Shown piece after piece: positions 57,877-64,000 of a stretch of 64,000 bases of DNA. Position 1 is the stretch's first letter. Each line of letters begins with the position of its first letter. The notes under the pieces are model-generated. The model worked only from the letters and a program-made list of their open reading frames with translations, made no database searches and had not been told where the DNA came from. A program made the translations under genes and the position numbers. The stretch is from a virus (lineage: Duplodnaviria; Caudoviricetes). The stretch is from positions 2,162 through 66,161 of the IMG/VR virus record IMGVR_UViG_3300024999_000096; one strand, written 5' to 3'.

Positions 57877-59835
57877 ATGAGTAATGTAGATCGAATTAAA
57901 GAGTTAGTAACACAACTTAATATAGCCTGTAACGCCTATTACAACCTGAATAAACCTATTATGGAGAATAGAGAATACAATCTACTCTTTGATGAATTAG
58001 AGTCCTTAGAACAGAAATCAGGAGTAATTATGAGTGATTCACCTACACGCAGAGCTGGATATCCTGTAGTGTCAGATTTACCAAAAGTTAAACATGAAAT
58101 TCCATTGTTGTCTTTAGGAAAAGTCAAAGAAATCCCTAAACTAGTAAAATGGTTGGGAGATAAACAAGGTGTATTAATGTTAAAGATGGATGGAGGTACT
58201 GGGGCTGTACATTATAAAAAGGAATTTAAACAATTAGTTACTAGGGGTGATTCTGAAACAAATATTGGTGAAGATATTTCTCATAATGTACATAGCATAA
58301 AAAATATTCCACTAAATATTGATGATAATGATGATATCATAATTGTTGGTGAGAATTTCATGAAATATTCTTCATTCAATGAAATTAACTCAAAAATATT
58401 AAATCAAGATGATAAATATGCAAATCCAAGGAATTTAGCAAATGGTTCTACTGGTTTGTTAAACAGCAAAATATGTAAAGAACGTAATATAGAATTTTGT
58501 GCATTTAATATTATCAAAGGAAATAAATTCAAAACAAAACAAGAACAATTAGAATGGTTAAAATCACAAGGTTTCTATGTCGTTCAATATTGGATGGTTA
58601 CAAAAAGCAATCTTGAAGAAACAATGAATCAAATTATAGAAAATATTCCCAACCTTGATTTCCCAATTGACGGCCTAGTTTTATCGTTTAATGATATAGA
58701 ATATGGATTATCTTTAGGCCAAGTTGCTCACCATCCAAAGCATTCTGTTTCATTTAAATTCGAGGATTCATGGTTTAAGACGAAATATTTATACACAGAA
58801 TGGAATACAAGTAGGTTCGGTAAAATCATAGGCACAGGAATATTTCAACCTGTCAACATTGAAGGTTCAGAAGTTGAGAGAGCAACAACACATAACTTAA
58901 ATAGATTTTGGGATTTAAAACTTGGAAAGGATGATATCATTGAAATAACGAAGAGAAACAAAATTATCCCTGCTATTGAGAATAATATTACCAGAAGTAA
59001 TACAGAACAATTGCCTACAAAATGTCCTACGTGTGGTGGTGATGTAGAAGTTAGATTAGTTGTAAAAACTCATGATTTATTTTGTCTTAATCATGATTGT
59101 GAAGCTAAATTAACACAAAAACTCAAGCATTTTGTGAGTAAACAATGTTTTAATATTGATGATCTTGGCGAAGCAACTTTGGAAATGTTCATTGATAAAG
59201 GGTTTGTTGAAAATTATATGGATATCTTCAAATTAGAAAAACATAAGAAAGAATTAGTGAAGCTTAGTGGATTTGGGGTTAAATCTTTCAACAACTTAAT
59301 GACTGCTTTAGAAAAATCAAAGCAGATAAGTATGACTTCACTGATTGCTTCCCTTGGTATAAAGAATGTAGGATTTGGATCATCAAAGAGACTTGCTAAA
59401 CATTTTAATAATGACATTGATTTATTCTTAAAAGCAACAAAATCCTATATGAACTTTGTAAATATTAATGATTTTGGAGATATTACTGCAACTTCAATTT
59501 ATGAATATTTCCAAAATGAAGAGAATATGAATATGTTTTTGGAATTATTGGAATATGTGAATATTATTAAAGAAGAAAAGAAGGAAATGTTGAATGTGGA
59601 AGAAAATCCGTTTCTAGGAATGCATGTGTACCCATCTGGAGTCTTTTCAATGAAGAAGGCAGAATTGAAAATCAAACTTGAAGAAATTGGAGCAATTGTA
59701 GAAAGTGGCTATAAAAAGAGTTTAGATATGTTAATTTGCGGCGGTGATATGAGTAAGTCGGGTAAAGCTTTAAAAGCTGAGAAAGACGGAGTAAAAATGG
59801 TTTCTGAGGAATTTCTCATGCAATATTTAAAGTAA
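57877..59835 (+). CDS. ligA: NAD-dependent DNA ligase
   Basis: KMDG, TRGD..GEDI, NPRN, DGLV, Zn finger CPTC...C...C, HhH and BRCT. Confidence 0.95.
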   Translation: MSNVDRIKELVTQLNIACNAYYNLNKPIMENREYNLLFDELESLEQKSGVIMSDSPTRRAGYPVVSDLPKVKHEIPLLSLGKVKEIPKLVKWLGDKQGVLMLKMDGGTGAVHYKKEFKQLVTRGDSETNIGEDISHNVHSIKNIPLNIDDNDDIIIVGENFMKYSSFNEINSKILNQDDKYANPRNLANGSTGLLNSKICKERNIEFCAFNIIKGNKFKTKQEQLEWLKSQGFYVVQYWMVTKSNLEETMNQIIENIPNLDFPIDGLVLSFNDIEYGLSLGQVAHHPKHSVSFKFEDSWFKTKYLYTEWNTSRFGKIIGTGIFQPVNIEGSEVERATTHNLNRFWDLKLGKDDIIEITKRNKIIPAIENNITRSNTEQLPTKCPTCGGDVEVRLVVKTHDLFCLNHDCEAKLTQKLKHFVSKQCFNIDDLGEATLEMFIDKGFVENYMDIFKLEKHKKELVKLSGFGVKSFNNLMTALEKSKQISMTSLIASLGIKNVGFGSSKRLAKHFNNDIDLFLKATKSYMNFVNINDFGDITATSIYEYFQNEENMNMFLELLEYVNIIKEEKKEMLNVEENPFLGMHVYPSGVFSMKKAELKIKLEEIGAIVESGYKKSLDMLICGGDMSKSGKALKAEKDGVKMVSEEFLMQYLK

Positions 59836-59851
59836 AAATAATGATAGATAT

Positions 59852-59879
59852 GGAGATAGGGTAAAACCTATTTCCTGTT
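59852..59879 (+). terminator. Possible terminator hairpin after ligA
   Basis: GGAGATAGG-gtaaaa-CCTATTTCC. Confidence 0.5.
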
Positions 59880-60097
59880 CCCATAAGCTATCGATTTTAA
59901 TTGAAAGGAATGAATTAAAATTAGTTTCTGGATAGACGAAGGGCTTATCGGTTCTATATGTAGAAAGTGTGATAATTGGATATTTTATGATTGGTATTTG
60001 TGTGAATTTGCTCCTAGTGATAAGAATGAAGATGGAGCATTATCTCTTCCAATAATAGAGTGTAATAATTTTAAACAGAGAAAGGTAGGATTTACAA

Positions 60098-60871
60098 ATG
60101 AAGGGTGCAATTTTAGGAGATATTATTGGTTCAAAATTTGAATTCAGTAAACTTCGTTATAATAAATCAGAAGATTTTCAATTACTTTCAAAAGGATGTA
60201 CTTTTACAGATGATACAGTTATGACAATTGCAACAGCAGATGCTATTCTTAATAATATTGATTTTGCTAAAAGTTATCATATGTGGGGAAGTTTATATCC
60301 AGATAGAGGATACGGATGCAATTTTGCTAGTTGGTTATCTAATAAAAGTTATGAACCATATAATAGTTATGGAAATGGTTCTGCTATGAGGGTTAGTCCT
60401 GTAGGTTGGTTGTATAATGATTTAGAGACTGTTTTTGCAAAAGCGGAAGAATCTGCAAGTGTTAGTCATAATCATCCAGAAGGAATTAAAGGAGCAATGG
60501 CAGTTGCAGGTTGTATATATCTTGCTAGATATCAAACGCCAAAAAAGATTATTAAAGAAATGATTGAAACATATTTTGAGTATAATTTAAATAAAACAAT
60601 TGCAGAAATTCGTCCCACTTATGATTTCGATGAAACATGTCAAGGAAGTGTACCAGAATCTATTATTTGTTTTCTTGAAGGAAATAGTTATGAAGATGTA
60701 GTAAGAAAGGCAGTAAGTCTTGGAGGAGATACAGATACTCAAGGATGTATAGCAGGGAGTATTGCAGAAGCATTTTATGGTATGCCTGATAAATTGGTTA
60801 TTAAACTTGATGATTATTTACCAGAAAATATGTTGGACATAGTTGATCAATTTAATAAAACGGTCAAATAA
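60098..60871 (+). CDS. ADP-ribosylglycohydrolase (DraG/ARH family)
   Basis: GAILGDIIGS, FTDDT, SYGNGSAMRVSP, SHNHPEG and GGDTDT motifs. Confidence 0.95.
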   Translation: MKGAILGDIIGSKFEFSKLRYNKSEDFQLLSKGCTFTDDTVMTIATADAILNNIDFAKSYHMWGSLYPDRGYGCNFASWLSNKSYEPYNSYGNGSAMRVSPVGWLYNDLETVFAKAEESASVSHNHPEGIKGAMAVAGCIYLARYQTPKKIIKEMIETYFEYNLNKTIAEIRPTYDFDETCQGSVPESIICFLEGNSYEDVVRKAVSLGGDTDTQGCIAGSIAEAFYGMPDKLVIKLDDYLPENMLDIVDQFNKTVK

Positions 60872-60906
60872 GTTACCAATTTTAATTGATGAAAGGAGGA
60901 GTAAAA

Positions 60907-62899
60907 ATGAAATGTATATGTGGCAATGTCTTACAATTTTCAGACAACAGCATTAAAACTGAAGATGGTAGATATGGAGAGGTTCGTCCTGTATATTATT
61001 GCGATATATGCAATATCGTTTACGATGGTTATGACCTAGATTGTGAAGATAAGTATACTATTATTTCAAAGAAGTATATAAAATGGTTCAATAAACATAC
61101 TGAAGAACTTTTAAATGAATATCTTCTAGAGATAAATAATACTCAAGAGATTTCGATGGATTATAGAAAGGATGATTTATAAATCATGTTGATGAAGGAA
61201 GATGAAATTAAAAAATATCTTGACAATGTAATTACTCATTGGAGAAATCGTAAGAAAAAATATGAAGACATAATAGAAAAAGAACCAGATGTATGCACTG
61301 ATATGACAGAACAATTTGAAGAAATTTTAAAGGCGAGTTGTTATATAGATGCTTATCAAAGTGTAAGAGTGAGTTTATTTGGTGAATTGTTACCAAATAT
61401 TTAAACTCCCAATTTTATATACGTAGAAAAGAAAGGATGATTAGAATGTTTCCATTTAAATTTATATTGAATAAGGAAATCATGGAGGATGTTGATGGAA
61501 CAATATTTGAAGCAGAAGAAAACGCAGATTGTTTAACTATTAATGTAAGTTGGAAAGATGAAAGTGGTTGGGAGGATAATGTTGACTATGGAATAAGTCA
61601 AGTAGAAGATAATATTAATAAGAAAAGATGGTTGATTGTAGAATAAGAAAGGATGATAAAATAATGACAAAAACAGATATTTTACTTTATGGAGCGTTAC
61701 TTGAAAGTGACATGTATGCTGATGGATATGGATCAACTAAGGAAGATACAAAATTATTACAAAAAGCTTTAATGAAAGTTTATGGAGTATCAGATACAAA
61801 TTTAGAAGAAGCATTAAAAGCAGAAGAACAAATCCATGAAGATATGAAAAAGTTGGTTGTAGAATTTAGGTTTAAGATAAATGAGTATTTAGGTTAAAAG
61901 GATTATTTTATACTAAGTTAGAAAGGATAAACAAATGAATCAAAGCGATATTGCTATAATAATTATTGTATGGATGTTAATTTCTTTATGCTCTTGGGGA
62001 TGTTTAACTAAGTGGATATTTAGACCTTCACATTATGTAGTAGGACATATAATTTTTGCAATATCTACACTACCTTTTACAATGATTGTTATTTTACTAT
62101 TTATTTTATTAAAGTTGTTCGACTTGTTTCTATATATTTGCAGTATAAAATTGCCCCATAAATTTTAACTTTCAAGGGTTTAGAAGGAGAATTATATGAT
62201 TTTAAACGGAAGAGAATTTAGAAAAGAAATCAACTTTATTGAAAACTATACTCCTTCAAAGAAGAGAGCAGATGAAATTGTAGATGATATCGAACAAAAA
62301 ATACTTGATAATAAGTTGAAAGGAAGATGTGTTTATACCATATCTAGAGAGGATATGATTAAGCACAGAAAAGAGATAGAAGATGAAATTCAACATAGAT
62401 TTACATATTTGCATACTGGATTTCAATTTATATCGTTAACTTCTATCATAGGAGAAGCACAGTTTATAATTGAATGGTAGACCTTTAAACTTATGGGTTT
62501 ATGGGAAAGTAATAATAAAATAAATAAGGGAGAGAAGAAATAATGAGTAAAATTGGATTAAATGATTCTATAATGGATGTAATGGTTAAAATGAGTGATG
62601 GAAATCCTGGTGCAATAACATGTTTGATGGACATTATGCAAAAGCAAGACTGGTATGGTGGAGCAGATAGTTTTATCATGATATTATCTTTTGACACTTT
62701 AGAATTATATGGATCTAATTTGTACATATTGTGGAGTGATTGCTGTGATAGAGATTTAGTTAAGTTGGAATTAGTATTGAGAAATTGGCAAATGGGGAAT
62801 TTAACAAAAGAAGAAATACATAAAAATTTATCTCAAGGTAGAGGAACTCCGTTTACAAATTTAAAATCATTAGACGAATTATTTAGTGAAGAATATTAA
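60907..62899 (+). CDS. Run of short hypothetical ORFs
   Basis: ORF track. Confidence 0.55.
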
Positions 62900-62951
62900 A
62901 TCAAATGAAATCAAAAGAACATTTCAAGCTAAATAAAGGAGGAAATAATTA

Positions 62952-63458
62952 ATGAAAGTATTTCTAGGTGGAACTTGTAATGGTAGCATATGGAGAGATA
63001 AGTTGATTCCAATGCTTAATATAGATTATTTCAATCCAGTTGTAGAGGATTGGACAGAAGAGTGCATGGTAGAAGAGAGAAAACAACGTGAAACGTGTGA
63101 TTATTGTTTATACGTAATTACTCCATCTATGAGTGGGGTTTATAGTATTGCAGAAGTTGTAGATGATAGCAATAAGCGTCCAACAATAACTATATTCTGT
63201 GTATTAGATTCTGAAGTCCCTATAATTACAAAAGTATCAAATCCAATGTGTTATATTGGGAGTCCTGATATTAATCTATTTATAGATAAGATAAATTATC
63301 CTAATGAAAAAATCAACTTTTCTATTGGAGAAATGAAATCTTTAAATCAAGTCGGCTTAATGGTTGAGCGTAATGGTGGTAAATACTTTAAAAGTCTAGA
63401 AGAAGTTACAAATTATATCAATAAAGAATATAAAAATTTATTGAATAAACTACAATAA
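62952..63458 (+). CDS. Nucleoside 2-deoxyribosyltransferase-like protein
   Basis: KVFLGGTCN.S.WR...FNPVVEDW...GVYSIAE. Confidence 0.8.
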   Translation: MKVFLGGTCNGSIWRDKLIPMLNIDYFNPVVEDWTEECMVEERKQRETCDYCLYVITPSMSGVYSIAEVVDDSNKRPTITIFCVLDSEVPIITKVSNPMCYIGSPDINLFIDKINYPNEKINFSIGEMKSLNQVGLMVERNGGKYFKSLEEVTNYINKEYKNLLNKLQ

Positions 63459-63699
63459 AATTGCATTTTGATCGTACTTAAAGGAGGTGAAAGTTAATGG
63501 AAACAATTAATGAGTTAAAAGTGGATAGAAGTAATTTAAGATATGCACTTCAATGTTTATTAGATGAATATCGGCAATATGTTGATAATGCATGTCATTG
63601 TGAAGAGTTTGAGAATGAAGAGGATGATGAAGTAGAACAATTATGTCCATATTGTTATGCTAAACACGTATTAAAATAAATCAAGAAAGGAAAAATTAA

Positions 63700-64000
63700 A
63701 TGAATAATACAATATTTTTACCTAAAACCATAAAAGTAGGTTATCAATCACGTACTGATACATATACAGGTCAATTAGCATATGTTATTTATTATGATCA
63801 AAAGAATAAATTAAGAAAGGAGACCTCTTGGAATAGTTGGAGAGATGATAAAATTCTACCACAAGAATTTTCTAATGAACCAACTTCTGGATTTGTTTTA
63901 AATAAGAAGGTAGGCGATTATTCAAGTCATTGGAATCATAGACAGGCATATTGCAGAGTATATGATCCTAGAGGGTTTGAGTTCGAAGTCACTATAGAAA
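63700..64000 (+). CDS. Phage protein, runs off the window end
   Basis: RBS; MNNTIFLPKTIKVGYQSRTDTYTGQLAYVIYYD... open to the end. Confidence 0.7.
   Translation, partial: MNNTIFLPKTIKVGYQSRTDTYTGQLAYVIYYDQKNKLRKETSWNSWRDDKILPQEFSNEPTSGFVLNKKVGDYSSHWNHRQAYCRVYDPRGFEFEVTIE

Larger units (their letters stand above)
3219..63471. repeat. Dispersed intergenic element TnAAW-N6-WTTnA (about 45-50 copies by eye)
   Basis: Examples: 4381 TAAAA-tgttat-TTTTA; 9474 TGAAA-acccga-TTTCA; 11193 AGAAA-gactca-TTTTA; 27241 TCAAA-gtctag-TTTTA; 30004 TAAAA-tgatgt-TTTGA; 40231 TAAAA-atcaaa-TTTTA; 63456 TAAAA-ttgcat-TTTGA. Confidence 0.7.
1..64000 (+). mobile_element. Segment of a large SPbeta-like phage/prophage of a low-GC Firmicute (early/accessory region)
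   Basis: Dense co-oriented short ORFs with Firmicutes RBS (AAGGAGG); YopX, YopQ-like, YopR-like, LigA, UvsE and MTase genes; no housekeeping operons. Confidence 0.85.

Noticed and set aside
2207-62727. Minus-strand ORFs in the track
   Set aside because: Nearly all are shadows of plus-strand genes with no RBS; only the 54.6-54.8 kb segment looks real
3219-63471. IR-N6 sites as host XerCD dif/pdif sites or as terminators
   Set aside because: The arms do not match the XerD arm (TTATGTTAAAT), and the stems are too weak and AT-rich for terminators
1-64000. CRISPR array, tRNA or rRNA genes
   Set aside because: No regularly spaced identical repeats and no cloverleaf- or rRNA-like sequence seen
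1-64000. Stop-codon reassignment as an explanation for the many short ORFs
   Set aside because: TAA, TAG and TGA all end genes followed by a fresh RBS, and known enzymes are full length under the standard code
1-64000. DGR, retron or group II intron as the diversity source
   Set aside because: No reverse transcriptase motifs and no TR/VR pair seen in the window

Overview
A low-GC, almost entirely plus-strand 64 kb segment of a large Firmicutes (probably Clostridia) phage or prophage of SPbeta-like organisation. It corresponds to the early/accessory region and contains no virion genes. Most of it is >150 short hypothetical ORFs with recognisable genes scattered among them: two DUF262 proteins, an ORF6N protein, HicA, a Zn-ribbon tyrosine recombinase, a broken HNH, a probable replication module, GIY-YIG, YopX, a C5 methyltransferase, UvsE, a 3D protein, YqeY, NAD-dependent ligase, ADP-ribosylglycohydrolase and an NDT-like protein. 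Two things stand out. (1) At 41.5-48.8 kb there is a phage-borne Agr-type peptide signalling locus: MazF, AgrB, DUF5317, a kinase-less membrane protein, an unannotated 39-aa AgrD, an HTH-MazF fusion and a second membrane protein. It sits directly upstream of YopQ(SroE)- and YopR(MrpR/SroF)-like genes, the position arbitrium occupies in SPbeta phages. (2) A roughly 16-bp inverted-repeat core (TnAAW-N6-WTTnA) recurs about 45-50 times by eye at boundaries between the small ORFs and often supplies the stop codon. This suggests an integron/pdif-like cassette array, or alternatively a repressor operator network. All family calls come from motif recognition by eye; no searches were run.
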